A stretch of 60,273 nucleotides of DNA, counting the filler, from Diploschistes diacapsis (lineage: Eukaryota): assembly GCA_023645945.1 (NCBI GenBank). It is 8 parts of 8 records of this genome, joined end to end, with 100 filler letters (N's around TTAATTAATTAA, not from the genome) between each part and the next. Parts side by side here need not be neighbours in the genome. Positions count along the whole stretch, not along the records: positions 1 to 27,119 come from JALAIB010000167.1; 7 more parts are not named here. One strand, 5' to 3'. Within the stretch, counting starts at the first letter, position 1; the number at the start of each line of letters is the position of its first letter. The position numbers and the translations under genes were made by a program. Below are positions 1-13,300 of the stretch, in pieces. The notes beneath the pieces were generated by a model. It had not been told where the DNA came from. It ran no database searches and worked only from the letters and a program-made list of their open reading frames with translations.

Positions 1-866
1 CCCCCCCCCTGCGTGTGCAGGAACCGCTCCTGTAACATCCCCTATCCGCTTATCCATCCGCTTACTACGATCCACATAGCCCCAGCCTCGCAGAGAGAGC
101 GAACTCCAAGCCAGCGGGCCCCGGAGAGGATCAAGGACTCAGCCCGAGTCGAGACATGCGCTGACGGACGGGATGCAGACGAAGCGCTCCTGGTCCGGGT
201 TCCTGATTGTTTTCTTCTTTTCCGGCAGCGGGGAGCCCGTGTTGAACAAGGACGGGCGTCTTATGGGAAGGGTCTGTCCGAGACCCGCAATGGTATTCGA
301 TGATTGTTGGACTGGTGGCCCGGTGGGCTATTGGCTATTCTTGGGACTTTACTACGGGATCTTGCTGATTTCCTGGAGTCATCTTGCGAGAAACAAGAGG
401 AAGCCTAGCGAGGGTCCCGACTTGGAGATGTTTTTTTTTTTTATTAATATCCTTTATGAGAAGGAAGAGGAGATATTTTGTTAATTGATTAGGGGGTTTT
501 TCTATTTGAGCCGGGCCTCTTTGGCCTAATGATGTTTTCTAGTCATCGGTCAAGTCCCTTTTTTACTCCACATGGTTTCTAGATCCGATCCATCAACGAC
601 TCCGGTCTGCTTCTGTTAGAGTACTGTTACTGCGCTACCAGTTACAGCTGGCCCTCTTAGAAAATTTTCAACTGGTGGTCTTGTCTTGCGAGCGCAGACC
701 GCGTGGTGGATTGGCGAGTTGCAAGCCCAGATGTAGCAACTATGATCTCGAAGTTTCGAGGGTGGAAAGGGTGGAGGGCCCCATGGACGTATTACGACGA
801 ATTAAGATGCTCGCTTGGTAGAAGCCGGTCATCGAGAGGTTATCACGGGTATCACTGTTTCTAGTG

Positions 867-1993
867 TCAAGCGCAATTCGGCGCACTTATCAGATCAAGA
901 ACCTCGCCATGGACCACAGGATGAAAGACTTCCTGCGAGTGTGTGAACGATAACTCGTTATCGTCATTCTCTTCACCGCCATTGCTCCGTTCTCGCTTCA
1001 CGCCTCGAGTTGTATGCTCCTCCTGCTTGATTCTTGTTGTACGCTCCTCCTGCATATAGAGATTACAGAGTTGCTAAAGTCTCTTTCACTAGACTTACTC
1101 TTAATTTTCGAAGCTCCTCGATTGCTTCTTCACGCGATATTGCTTCAATAGCATGCTCTGCTACGGCTGGTGGAGTTGGCTCACGAGGAATCAATACCAT
1201 GCCTCGAAGTGAATCTACAATTTAGCATGCTTTGTGCGAAGTTAAGGTCCACGAACCCCTCGATAGATATCGAAATTCAAATCCCAGATAGGGTTGAGTT
1301 GTGCTCTCTATATTCTGTTTCGCATATATATGACTTAATTTCTTGCGGGACCCCAAAGCTATAAAAACATTAGTCGCCGCTTCTTGTTGAAGGACGTGAA
1401 AGTAACCAGGTTTTGTGGGAGGTGACAAGGTTGACTACTGCGCTTTTCGGCAGCTCTTTGTCTTGAAGAGCCCCAATGTTAACCTTGGAAGAAGTTGCCA
1501 ACCCTCCAAAGTTTGTTTTATCCGAATAACATCAAGCCCGAGTAACCAAGATTGACAGCTTTGGAACAAATTGCTGCAAGCTCCTCTTGGAAAGCAGCTT
1601 TTTGTTCATCTACCGGCACTGAGTGCCGCGTCTTCGGGGCTGCCGTGAGACTGACCAATAGATATATCCGCGAATATCAGATCATGCTCAAAACATTTCC
1701 CATTCATCCACAGACGACCGGGTTTTGATAGCATCTTTCATTGGTGGCCCTGGCGATATACACTTGCAACGTTGATGCCGTCCACACATAGGAAATAGGG
1801 CAAATGCAGGCATCCTCTCGGTCTCCAAGAACTTCTCGGGAAATGCACATCGTACCTCAAACTTACTTCCCGTAGCAGCCTCAACGTAACGGTGAGCTTG
1901 CGAGCCTCCTGATCCGTTTCCATCGGCAGTGTACTCCCTCAGGTCGTCGTTGTTGACGACTATCGCAACTTTACTGTCTTTCAAACCGACCAT
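867..1993 (-). pseudogene. DUF7918-like gene copy 1, degenerate
   Basis: Starts MVGLKDSKVAIVVNNDDLREY...RYVEAATGSKFEVR. The expected continuation (YFLCVDG) lies in another frame, followed by stops. The last exon 867-1055 encodes IKQE/VKRE/VLDL. Paralogous to the three neighbouring copies. Confidence 0.7.
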
Positions 1994-2499
1994 TCTTGGG
2001 GATCCCCTCGTCAACATGCAACACAGAGATCCCGAGATGTAAAGTAAGTCAATAGTTGACGGGGATTGAAAACGATTTGATGGGATCACAGAGAATGACT
2101 GTTCGAACGAGCAATGGTAAAGAAGTTGTGTTTAGTGAATGAAAGAGAACGCCAATAAGATCTGTTCAAAAGCTCAGTCGCTAAAGAATTGGCGCCCATG
2201 CCAAGACTCTTCTCAAAAGGGTTAGATTTACGCGTCAGAAGCGCGCTACGGTTTTTTTAAATCTCAAGGCCATGTCCCATGCATAAGCCGAAAGTCAATT
2301 TCTCTATCCATCTCCGCTGCGCCGTTAGCTATCTTCATTGATCGTGGATGGGTGATCGATTACTGAAGCTCTTCTTAACAGAGTTGCTGCTGGCCTCAAA
2401 CTCTAGACGCTTTCATTTAAGAATGGTAGGTCACGTCTCCTTAAATGCTGCTTAATGAAGGAGTCCCTCTTGAGGGTTTCTTATTGCGGCTCCGATGCG

Positions 2500-3349
2500 T
2501 CATGACTTCATGTTTGGTCCTATACCCATCTTCTCCAAACTCTCTGATACCTATTAGTATGACAATTATGGCAATAGCGGAGATAGAGGCTTACCTTTCG
2601 AGCCATACTTGAACTGGAACATCAGGAAGGGGAGCCGCTTATCTCTGTATTCAAATACGTCGGTAAGGCTGGGCAGATAGTCTGGACTGGTCCTTCGTCA
2701 GCACGTTACTAGAAACAGCGGGGCGTTTGGATTACTGGGTGCAGGCAGTTGTATCAGGACCCGTTCGAGCTACATCGAGCCACTCCTCGTTCAGTTTCCG
2801 CAATTGAGCGTCCTCTTCCTCCTGCTGCGCTTCGAGACGTGGTGTCACTTTATTGATTCTCCATACTCTCAAATCTATGGTGCCGCAGCTTGGCCATTCT
2901 GTTTGGCAAGCCCCATTAGCCTCGGTGGAAGCAGATCCATCTCCGTCTAATGCTTTTTATCAGTCGGTAGCCACAGAATCTTTGCATTACTCACCGAAAC
3001 TAGCATCATCAAATACGAAGCTCCGGGTCATTCCACTGCAATCATCATTTCGCTGTACTCCTGGTATGAGGGCGTTGATAGGTTCATTGTGTATGTCTGC
3101 TACCGCTCTTTTCCCGTTGATGAACAAATCGTACATGATGCTGCTGCCATACCACGACGGATCACGGTCTCCCATAGAGACTAACTGCAAGTCAAAGACC
3201 TTGCCAGCCTCCGCCACGATATATTTGCGGACGATTTGCATGGCGCGTCCATATTCGTCTGGGTAATCAACGATTTGATGCTGCGGATATTCTTTCATTA
3301 TTTGGCCATCAACTATGATGGCAACTTCAAGATATCCGAGACGGACCAT
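2500..3349 (-). CDS. DUF7918-like gene copy 2 (4 exons, short C-terminus)
   Basis: MVRLGYLEVAIIVDGQIMKEY...KYIVAEAGKVF...INGKR...FVFDD; intron; CGTIDLRVWR; intron; PFLMFQFKYGSK; intron; ESLEKMGIGPNMKS*. Donors gtgagt, gtaatc, gtaagc. Confidence 0.7.
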
Positions 3350-4167
3350 CTCAGCTACGGAATGAATGGTTTGGCTTCGTGCGAAATAGGAGAAGACAAG
3401 AATCGGCGTGTATGGGGAAAATCCTGGTTGTGACAAAAAAAAAGAAAAGAAGGGCGTGGGCGTGGGCAGCAAATTTATACCATGTCCGCTTATGTCGTCG
3501 CTTATGTCGACGATGACATCGTGAATCCTAGCATAGGCAGTTCCGGAAGGCGAGGGGCATGCGAACACTGGCCGTACTGCTCCAACCAGATTGTGATTCA
3601 AATGGCCGCAAAAAGCGCGGCGGCTGAGGAAGCGGCTGTCTGTCAGTGAAAGCACGTTGCAAGACAGTTCCCCCACTAAACAGTGTACCTAGTCCTATGG
3701 AGAGGGTCGTGAAGGGCTTTGACCCTCCGGCAGATCTAGTATCTTCATATAATGCTAAGCACATTGGACCTTATACGTGGCAGTCGTTCCTCGGCTGTGA
3801 TGCTCAAAGGATTCGTTCGACGCCATAGAGCAGGCCGTCATTACACCTGCTTCCAGGAAGCATACAGCTCCTGGTTTGAGGAGATTATTTTGAGAGTAAA
3901 TATCTCAGACCTTGATATTAGCGCATGCCATACCGGAGGTAAAGGTCAGTGTTTGCCACCTGATATGCGGTAAAAGTATACTAATAAGGTATATAGGATA
4001 AAAACTATTCTCTAATCATCTGCCCCATCATCGAATGCGTGAATACCGGCTTGCAAGCGTTGCAAGAGATATGCGTGCCGTCGGCTGGTCAGCATCTTCT
4101 CCGTTCGGCCTGTTCAGCATTTTTCTTGGCCTCAGCAATAAGCGGCTGATCCGGAGCCTTTACGTCA

Positions 4168-5563
4168 CTAGTCAAGGTCTATGACTTCGTCATTCGTGGC
4201 CGGCCTCTGGCTTTTTCTTGCTCCAATGACCGATAGCTCCTCGTCCGGCTTGACGTTAAAAGGCCTCTTCACGCCCGAAAGGTCTTCCCACTCGTTTTTG
4301 ACCTTCGTGTAGGCGTCAACCTTCGACTGTACACGTTATTAGCCATCTACAGAGGGGGGAGTCGAGAATCGACATACTTGTAACTGCTCCACTAGCTGTC
4401 TAGTCTCTTCATGAGTAAGGGTTTCAAGGTTACGTTGCGCTAAGGGAATAGGGGAAGGCTCTCTTGGGATTAGGCCAAGCGTTTGCAGTGCCCCTGCTAG
4501 CATATCAGCACCCTGCTGATAGAAATCTTAGGGCAATAAACCTCGAGAAACGCAATGAAACTCAAAAGTAAGATACGGCTTTTTTTTCCCATCGATGAAA
4601 TTCCCACTTAGGATTTCATAATCACCATCACTCGTTGCATCTTCGAATCTTTCCCAGCCGTCAGCATAGTGATAACAAGCAGGAAGTACATCGCTGAATA
4701 CGTAGTGTGAAGGGAAGCGAACTGTCCCTTGACAGCATTCTCCGGAACCACCATGCCCTCAACTCTCCTGGCGTCCGAGGCATTCCTGAAGTGCTCGCGC
4801 GCATACTTCGTCATAGAGCTCGAATTGTCCAGCCCACAGACGACAGCCACACGATACAGCCGCACCTTGATCGTCCCTAATCTGTAATACATCCTCTTCA
4901 ACGTCTTGAGCTCTTCCTTCGGCACGACCCTATCACTATCTTTCCGAACTTAGCAACGCCTTATGTCATAAAGGGGTTGAAGCACCCACCGATCTTGATC
5001 TTCGCAAATTTGAAAGGCTCCACAAACAGCTTCCCCTCTAAATATCTTGCACGGCCAGCAGAGTAGGTTTCCATGCAGTCGCGGTCCATAAAGGAAGAGT
5101 CCACCTCTTTTCCATCAATCGAGACGACAACCTCTAGCCCTTCGACGGGAACTTCAGTGTCAAAGTCGTTGTTGCCCTTAACCCGGATCTCGAAGTTCTT
5201 GCCCGCCGTAGCTTCGACCAGGCACGTGCTCTGGCGCTCTTTCTGAGCCGCTTGAGCGCGTAATCTCTTGGCTTTTTGTTTCTCAGCGCGCTGCGCTTGG
5301 GCTGCGAGCTGAGCGCTCGTTTTTTTGACTTTGCCCGGTGCTTTGGCCTTGTTGCTTTGTTTCGTTGGCGAGTTTCGGGTCATCCCTTCCCTGACTGGGG
5401 GTTTGTTGGGGGCGGTTCCATTTACTTGGGTCAAGCCTCGGACCTCAGTTTCGTGTTGAGGCTGACGTTTCGGTAAAGAGAATTTGGGAACTGGGAGAGG
5501 GTATTGAGGCAGATCTTCGTCGTCGACAACGATGGCAACTTCGAAACCCTTGATGACTGGCAT
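4168..5563 (-). CDS. DUF7918-like gene copy 3 (multi-exon, apparently intact)
   Basis: MPVIKGFEVAIVVDDEDLPQY...LVEATAGKNFEIR...IDGKE...FKFAK; LGTIKVRLYR...PENAVKG; PYLTFEF; ALQTLGLIPREPSP; tail VKNE...EVIDLD*. Confidence 0.75.
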
Positions 5564-6566
5564 TGCGTGGAGAGGAGTGTTGACGTGTGAGTGTCAAACG
5601 AAGTGGCGCAATGGTATTGTCCTAATGGCTTAGGTAGATGAAGCATCGGGGACAGGATGTAGATGAAGTGAGGAGGCTCTGAAAAGAGGCTGAATGAGCG
5701 TAGACACCGTTAATATGAGATATGAAGATATTAGGATAGCATTGCGGAACTTAGACCGCAGGGGATCCGAGATTGCGCTGTGACGAGAGAGAGAGAGCAA
5801 CAACCGTATCATTCTTCTGCAGCTGTGTGATATTTTCAACAAGGCACGTGTGCTTCGGAGAAGCTTCAAGACCACACAAAGCTTAAGGGACGAAGCTCAG
5901 AGCCAAGAACACACTTTCTACCTGTAAGTAAAATGGCTGGAGAGCATCTCGAGCATGGAAATAAAGAAATGACGGTTGTATGTCCAAGATCAGGAGACAA
6001 GATGGTTGAAGAACTCAGCCATATAAGCCCTTGATACTGAAGCACTATATCCTCAATCTGCGTCGAAAGGAATACGCGCATTGCATGGAGACTCGTCTAA
6101 GTGCAACATGCTCCGTATGCGTTACAGGTTGAAGCCGTCTCCTCGGAAATGGGACAAGAGGAAGCTTACATATAATCTTTGATCTGTGACAAGCCAGTAG
6201 AGATTAGCAAAAACTTAGATAGGGCGAAATGCATAGCATGAGCATCACAATATAGCTCAACGGATTCGATGGAAATAGCAATCTCATACCTTGAATCACA
6301 GTTGTCCTTCAGTGCCCGCTTAGAATTTGATCAAAGTAAAAATGCATTCATACCTGGAACTTCAGCTACCCAGTATGCGGGGTATTGTCAAAAAGCTATC
6401 AAGATGGAGAAAATCTGCCTGGAAGTCAAGCTTTTATATTCAGTAAGGAAGCCTCCTTCCGAAAGCACTCCGCTGGGCTCATAGTGCTAAAGAGCACAAT
6501 CGGACAATATTATCTATCACCGCCTCACAGATATGGAACTCGTAGAGCGGTTATCGATTTGACAAC

Positions 6567-7745
6567 TCAGTCGCCTGATAAGTCAATGACGTCCAGCTCT
6601 ATCCTTCTCCTCCCTCGGACGATCTCAGACGGGACCTCAACTTCAGGATCGAGCTCACGCTTCACTCCTGCAGCACGACTGGATTCCGCCCTCAGTACCC
6701 GACTTTCCCGTTTCATACGGGGGGGGGGGTTGGCCTGATAGGGTCGTCAGTATAGTAGCCAGGCTATCGGAAAAAAGCACCCCCAGCAGACCCCGCTACG
6801 CTCCCGAAGAACTCTTTCAAGTTCCTCTATACTGTACTCTGCCAACGGCCTCGTCGCTTGTGAGCTAGCATCTGAGGGTGGAGAGACTTCACGTGGAATG
6901 ATTCCCTCAATCTGTAGTGCATCGACTTGAGTTTAGCGAAACGAGTTATGATCAGGGATGCAAACTTACTGCGAGAACGATATCTGAAGATGAAGGTGCA
7001 CCATGGCGCTTCTGAGGTGTCGATGAGGGTTGAGTTTATGCGTGGTACAGGGTAGATTAGCGGTTTCGGTTCCCTCAGCCTGAGGCAGATCAGCTTTTTC
7101 CTGCAAAATTATATAATAGACCTTACTTTATGACATGAGAAATGGTAGAGCCTTTGAGAGTTTTCTCCGGAAGCGTGCTATGGCGGCTTCAATCGAGCAC
7201 AACGTTATGGGGATTGCTGGTGCCGTACACCCAGCTCGTGACTCGTCTGACGCGGATTTCAATTATACCTAATTTGGAAACTGGCGCGGCCAATGCTTCA
7301 CGCTTCTTAAAATCTGAAGGGAATTCTTCAGCTATGGAGAGTAAGCGTCTAAGGAAGCTAAAGAACATCTGGAAGGGTTGATTGCTAACTTGTTCGAATT
7401 TCGGAGAATTCAAAATCCTGTTGATAATGTCGCCCATTTTCCAAACAAACGCAACCACTGATGGTTGGACGTCTCCCGGGTCGGACAAGCTTGCCGAGGA
7501 CTTGCGTTCCGTCAAGGTAGACTTCTGCTTGAAATGGCAGCACACTTTTGCATGCCCTGATTGAGGTGGCGTAGTTCCCAGATGATTTTGACGATGATTT
7601 CGAAACTAACGCCTGGCTGGGCTTCCACGTATCTAGTGGCTTCATTATTTAGCTCCTCTTCAATGACATCTTGTGTCGCAGGGCACTCTGTAAGATTGTG
7701 TCCAGCAGCATGAATTGTGACCTCAACGCCTTTGAGGATCGCCAT
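6567..7745 (-). pseudogene. DUF7918-like gene copy 4, with frameshift and in-frame stop
   Basis: MAILKGVEVTI...TRYVEAQPGVSFEI shifts frame near 7585 into AEVYLDG...FEFSEI. An in-frame TGA at 7189-7191 lies between LGIIEIRVRR and LPEKTLKG. Later exons encode PWCTFIFRYRSR, ALQIEGIIPRE and VKRE...VIDLSGD*. Confidence 0.75.
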
Positions 7746-8514
7746 TGTGCCTTGCTGGAACAAACAGATGGCGCTAGGATGGTATGATATGCATAGGGGT
7801 TCGCGAAACTGCCGAAGAAGACATTCAGCAGTGCATAGAACTGGCGAATATCAGTTCATGATTAGTGAGAAGTTCACTTTGGCCGCGGAAGCACAGAACA
7901 GTCACGAGCGAAGAAGCGCCTCATCACGTGACATATCATCTCCAAGGTATGCTGTTAAGGTTACCGCTGCAGATAAGAATCGGGAGTTGGGGGATAGTGT
8001 ATGGAGTGGAGAACATCGGCCACAGGTCATTGGGATCGTGCAGCCTGCTTTCTTAGACTTTCTTCAGTGGTGACAGTTACAACTTGAAAAGTAAGTTAAC
8101 GCGCAAGTCAAGTAGTAGCTGGGGAAGTTGGAATATTGTAGCTAATCTTCACATAATGAACATTGGAGCACTCCTACTTCCGCTGCAGGATAAAAATATC
8201 AGCAGCCACAGATGTCACCGTGGCCCAGTACCGGACGGGAGTAACAGCCCCAACTCGTCCTTGTCCCTCATTGTCGCCATAGACTCCTTAGGATGCGGTC
8301 GTTCGCAGGCCGTAGCTAGAATAAGCCCGCAGAAACTCCGCTGCCGTGAAAGATGACCACCTTTGACCGACGCTTGATGTGCTGCTGAGTGACACCGATA
8401 ATGAGAACAGTTTAGGAGAGTCGTAAAGGTGCGTAGGGTTTATCGGAGACCATGTGTGAAGAGGAAGAGATCCGAAGCAAGCCTCGAACTTCATTACGGC
8501 AGCTTAGAGATGCT

Positions 8515-9492
8515 TCACCAAGGCCCAACACGAACAGGAAAATTGGCGCCGTAAGTACCGGAAAGAAGCTCCTGTCGAACGTTGTTTATGTCGTCTCGAG
8601 CTTGTGGATGATGCTGTGAAGTACTGCCGCCTTGCCACCCGAGGATATTGTTCAATTCGTGAATCACCGTTGCAAGTTTTCCTCCAGCTTCTAGGTTGTG
8701 CTTCGCTAATTTCTTGTCCCAACCATCGTATTGCAACTGAATACCGGCAGCCCTCTTTCCAGCTTCTCGTAACACAAGTGTCCATGCTCTCGATATTTCC
8801 TCGTATGCATTCTGTTTGTGAAGAGAGTTCTGGAAGTTTTCCCAGTTGGGCAGGCGGTGAATAATGTCCGTCGCACCGTCCAGAAAGGCAAGCGCAAGGC
8901 CGACTTGGGTTTCGTTTGGGGGTAAAAAGTGCGGTGTGAAATCATTAAGAGCCTCGAGAAGCGCCATTAGAGGCTGTCGAACCCTGTTGAAAGCGTAGTC
9001 GGATGAGGAATTTCCACCGAATGGGAATGCCTCCTGCAGCTTCGTCTCATAGCTTTTGAGAACGTCGAGTGCGGAGGCAACAGACGGTCGCGGGGCTGAC
9101 TTCTCAACCTCCGTCGCAATAGCCGGGTTCTGGTCGCAGATATTTTTCAGGACCGATCGTAGAGCATCTGTATCCAGAGTTTCCAAAAGCCTCGCCAACG
9201 TAAGCGGTCGCCCTATAGCGCCTGACCTTGCTCGCTTTATTGACCGCGCTAGTGGAAGTGTTTGGGATGGTATCTGTGGAGATGAAGTTGGCGACGCAGA
9301 GCTCATGCGGACATCAGTACGTAGATCGTCATCATCGGCTTTCCTCTTTCGACTCGATGGTGGTGTCGAGAATGGCACTTCGTTCCACTTGTTAATAGCG
9401 ATACCGGCATGGTAATGGTAATGCCTACTTGTGAATTTGGAGTTGTATAGCTGATGGGGAGGAGGCGGTGCGGATGGAAGCAGGCTATTCAT
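8515..9492 (-). CDS. STS1: Tethering factor for the nuclear proteasome (Sts1/Cut8)
   Basis: Intronless 325-aa ORF with RKRKA NLS, GRPLTLARLLETLD, PRPSV, YAFNRVRQPL, HFLPP and the C-terminal VRVGPW typical of Pezizomycotina Sts1. Confidence 0.9.
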   Translation of the reverse strand: MNSLLPSAPPPPHQLYNSKFTSRHYHYHAGIAINKWNEVPFSTPPSSRKRKADDDDLRTDVRMSSASPTSSPQIPSQTLPLARSIKRARSGAIGRPLTLARLLETLDTDALRSVLKNICDQNPAIATEVEKSAPRPSVASALDVLKSYETKLQEAFPFGGNSSSDYAFNRVRQPLMALLEALNDFTPHFLPPNETQVGLALAFLDGATDIIHRLPNWENFQNSLHKQNAYEEISRAWTLVLREAGKRAAGIQLQYDGWDKKLAKHNLEAGGKLATVIHELNNILGWQGGSTSQHHPQARDDINNVRQELLSGTYGANFPVRVGPW

Positions 9493-10320
9493 CGCTATAT
9501 AGTCGTCCTGGTTCGTGAGTAAAGCATGTAACAGGCTAAGGGAGCTAAGAGTAATACATAAAGCGAGATGGAGGAAGCAGGATAAAGAGAGCGGGTGAAT
9601 GACAGCAGAGTAGTAAGTGAAGTAGCAGTAGTAATAGTAGTAATGGGGAGGAGCTGGTGGAGGTTATAGTGCAGTGCAGTGTAGTGGGATAAGTAGAGAG
9701 ACTTAGAGTAGAGTAGAGTTTAGTGTGTCTGCTTTTTCAAGGTTCGAAGGTCCGGCGCTTGGCCGGCCAAGACAGCCATCACAGAGCGAACAAGGGTTCC
9801 AGTAAAACTCTCGTCCAACGGTCTGACTTTCGACTTTCGACTTTCTACCCAAAGGCAACCCACCTCGACCACTCTTCCCCAATGCTATACAAGGTGTGAT
9901 TGATTGTGGACATGCGAGGCTGATCATCTACCATTTCTGGCTGCTTTCCAGATGCGACGCACCTTGCCGTAAAAGGTGCAGACGCCCTCCAAGGCACGAT
10001 CATGCTTAAATCAAGAAGCGAAGGCTACTAGGTATGTATGCATTGGTAGTGTGCATGCCGCTAAACTCTACAATGTGCGGAGCGTCCTATAGCACCTCTC
10101 AATAACGTCTTCACTCCTATAAACATCCAGAGCTCCGGCTTCTCCAAACAAGTCAAAAATTCCTGATTCGCTTACTTGCCTCAAGCAAACCTTAACCCAG
10201 TGCGCGCAATCCAAATACCAAATGCATGGGTATCAACAACGTAAGTATAAGCATGCCCGAAGCCTCGATACCATCCGGACATGTTCGCGAAGAGCGCAAC
10301 ATGCAAAAGCATTGTCCCCT

Positions 10321-13300
10321 CTAGAGGTAAAGACTCTGCGCAGCGACGATGTCCCTTCGGATCTTGCCTAGCGATTCATCAAACTTCTTCTCCAGTTCCG
10401 TACTGCCCATAACCTTCGCAGCTTGACACATCTGGCGAAGCAGTTCCTCAAGTCGTCTAAACGTGCGGATCAAGCTACCCTCGTAGACGTCCGTCATTTT
10501 GCTACGCCGATTAGTTCGGGGGTCTCCAACGTGCAGACTGAGCATACCATATTTCTGCAAATGACCGCCCTTGCGCCCAAGAATGCACTACTTCAACAAG
10601 CTGATACTTGAAGCTTTGCACATACTCCTCCTCGTTCAGCGCCAACTTGCTCTCTTGTGCAACCTTGGCAACAATCCTTGCTTGGCGCTGGATTTTCCGA
10701 TATGGCTTTGCGAGGTCTTCCTTGAGTGGTTGTGCTTCCTGTTTTTCATCAAAAACAAAACAACTAAGAAGAGCCGCACAAGTTTCGGAGGCAAGCTCGT
10801 TGAAGAACCCGTTGAACAAGAGTTCCGTCAAAAGGAGCTCATCGCCCGTGCTGATTTCACATGCTACTCGAGCTTTGAGCTGAACGACGTCTGATTCATC
10901 GATAAACCCAAATCGGCGCAGGACACGCTTTCTGCATTTGAGCTCATCCAATTGAATGACGGATACTGCAGCATTAATGTCTTTCTTTACACTCTTGATC
11001 CTCGAGGCGATCTTCATTTTCTCAGCGTATTGGTCGTATAGCTCAGGTAGTCGAGGCGAGTTGTGTAGTGGATTGCCTAAAAGTCGCGCTTCTAGAGTCT
11101 CGATTTTCTATGACCCGTTAGTTCCACCCAGTGCTTCTCGTGGACGACGCTGAACAAACCCTTAGCAGCTTTTTGAATGACGTGTCGTTGATATTCATGT
11201 TCTCAATGGGATCCAAAACCGCTATCCCGTCCGGAAACCGACGCTTGACTTCCTCGAGAGATTTCTTCACCGAGTCCCTCTCAGGCTGTGACTTTAAATC
11301 GTCAGGCAGAAAGATGCGCAGATGACTGATGGAGTCCAAGCACGTGAGGAGAACAGGTACGACTTGCATTACTGTCTTTTCTCCTTCTTCTGGCGGTCGG
11401 ATACCTGGGGGTAGATCCTGTTGCGTCTTCGTCGCAGTTGAAGAGCCCTCCGCAACTGGAAGAAGTACGTCTAGAATATATGATTCTTGAGGCTTTGATT
11501 CTGTTTGATTGCGGTCCAGCCTTCGAGGTGTGAAATTTACTACCGCCCCCCATCCAAAGTCGTAGCTCTCATGCTTCACTCTCACTAACCGTCCGGGTTG
11601 CATGAATGGAAGGCAATAATGTGGATGATTTATCACGTCACGCATGTCTTTGGTGTAAGTGCTAATTTGTTGACGGAGTTCGTAATATTCTTTGATCTGA
11701 GATTCGTCGGGAATGTGGAGCGCTCCTCGCTGAACTTCAAGTTCGCGTAATTCTGATATGTTGTTAGCAAGGTATACTCCAACAAAGGACACAATTACCC
11801 TCTTCTAGACCAGAGACACTAGCAGTATTTTGGAATTGGTAGAAGCATCGCTCTAGCATGAATTCTGGAGATATTCCCTCAACGCGCATTAAATTAAGGA
11901 CCATATTATAACCAAGATGGAAGGCCGAGTAGAGCTTGTCTTGCTCTCCACGAACAATGTCCTTTGCTATTGCAGGCTCCATTTCCTCGTCAATCATCAT
12001 GATGACGATTCCACGCTCATCAAGGCCTCTCCGCCCAGCGCGACCCGACATTTGCACGAATTCGGAGGGCGACACCCATCTTTGGGAGACACCATCAAAT
12101 TTACGCACGCTCGTGAAGACGACTGTTTTAGCAGGCATATTCAGCCCAATAGAAAACGTTTCTGTAGCGAACAATACTTTGATGAGGCTCTCCTGAAACA
12201 GAATTTCGATTGTCTCTTTCAATATTGGTAGTAGCCCTGAATGATGAATGCCTATGCCTCGCTTCAGGAGTGGCAAAATGTTCTGAATTTGCGGCAGCTG
12301 CTTGTCTTCTTCCGAGAGCATTTCGAGAGCGTTGTTGAAAACCTGGTCGACCATTTGCTTCTCTGAGTCGTCGTTAAAAGCAAGATTACTCATCTGCAAG
12401 GCGTACGCCTCGCATTGGTTTTTGCTGAAGCTGAATACGATTACCGGGTTGTACTTCTTCAGCATGATCATCTTCACGATTTTGTAGATGTCCGACGGCC
12501 CTCTTGCTCCGCCCTTGTTGAACCTCTTGTCCTTTCCTCGTCCTTTACGTTTTGCCATAGGATCAGAAGGATCATCACCTTGCTTCTCTGTGATAGTAGC
12601 CATGGCTTTGTTGAAGTTTTCTTCTCTAAAAACTCCTTTCTCATCCACAACAAGGTGTATCCCGTCTGCGCCGGCAGGGAAGAAATAATGTTGCAAAGGC
12701 GTGGGTCGAAAATCAGTGTATACGACGTGGCAGGGCTGACTGTGGGTTTTGGTTATCCACTCAGCGAATTGCATAGCATTAGGAATCGTCGCCGATAAGA
12801 ACACGTAGCGAACTTTATCCGGTAGAAGTATAATTGTTTCTTCCCACACGACACCACGCGCTGTGTACCGTTAATCATGTAATTTCTTCGGGTTCGGTAC
12901 CAGCTGGGCAAAGCAGACCTACCTTTGTCTCTGAGATAGTGTACCTCGTCGAAGACCACCCATGCTACCTCGCGCATGATCTCCGAGCCTCTGTAAAGCA
13001 TTGAACGTAGAATTTCCGTCGTCATAACCAGACAGGTCGCCGTGGGGTTGATAGTGACATCCCCAGTCATGAGGCCAACATCCCCAAATTCTTCCGTAAA
13101 TTCTCGAAACTTTTGGTTGCTCAAAGCCTTGATTGGACTTGTATAAATGACTCGTTGGTTGTTTTTCAGGCTTTGAGCAATAGCGTACTCGGCTACAACA
13201 GTTTTCCCAGCACTTGTGTGTGCAGAAACCAATACACTTTCATCCCTTTGGATTGACGCAATTGATACTTGTTGGAACGGGTCTAGTGTGAATGGCCAGG

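Noticed and set aside
1..520. Possible LTR or element remnant and short ORFs at the window start
   Set aside because: Only a TGTAACA motif; no second copy or protein motif in the window.
6385..6738. Plus-strand ORF containing VIDLT opposite the minus-strand VIDLS of DUF7918 copy 4
   Set aside because: Short antisense ORF with a non-ATG start; the match is most simply coincidence.
9590..9725. AGT/GTA-rich low-complexity tract upstream of STS1
   Set aside because: Ordinary degenerate microsatellite in a promoter or 5' UTR.
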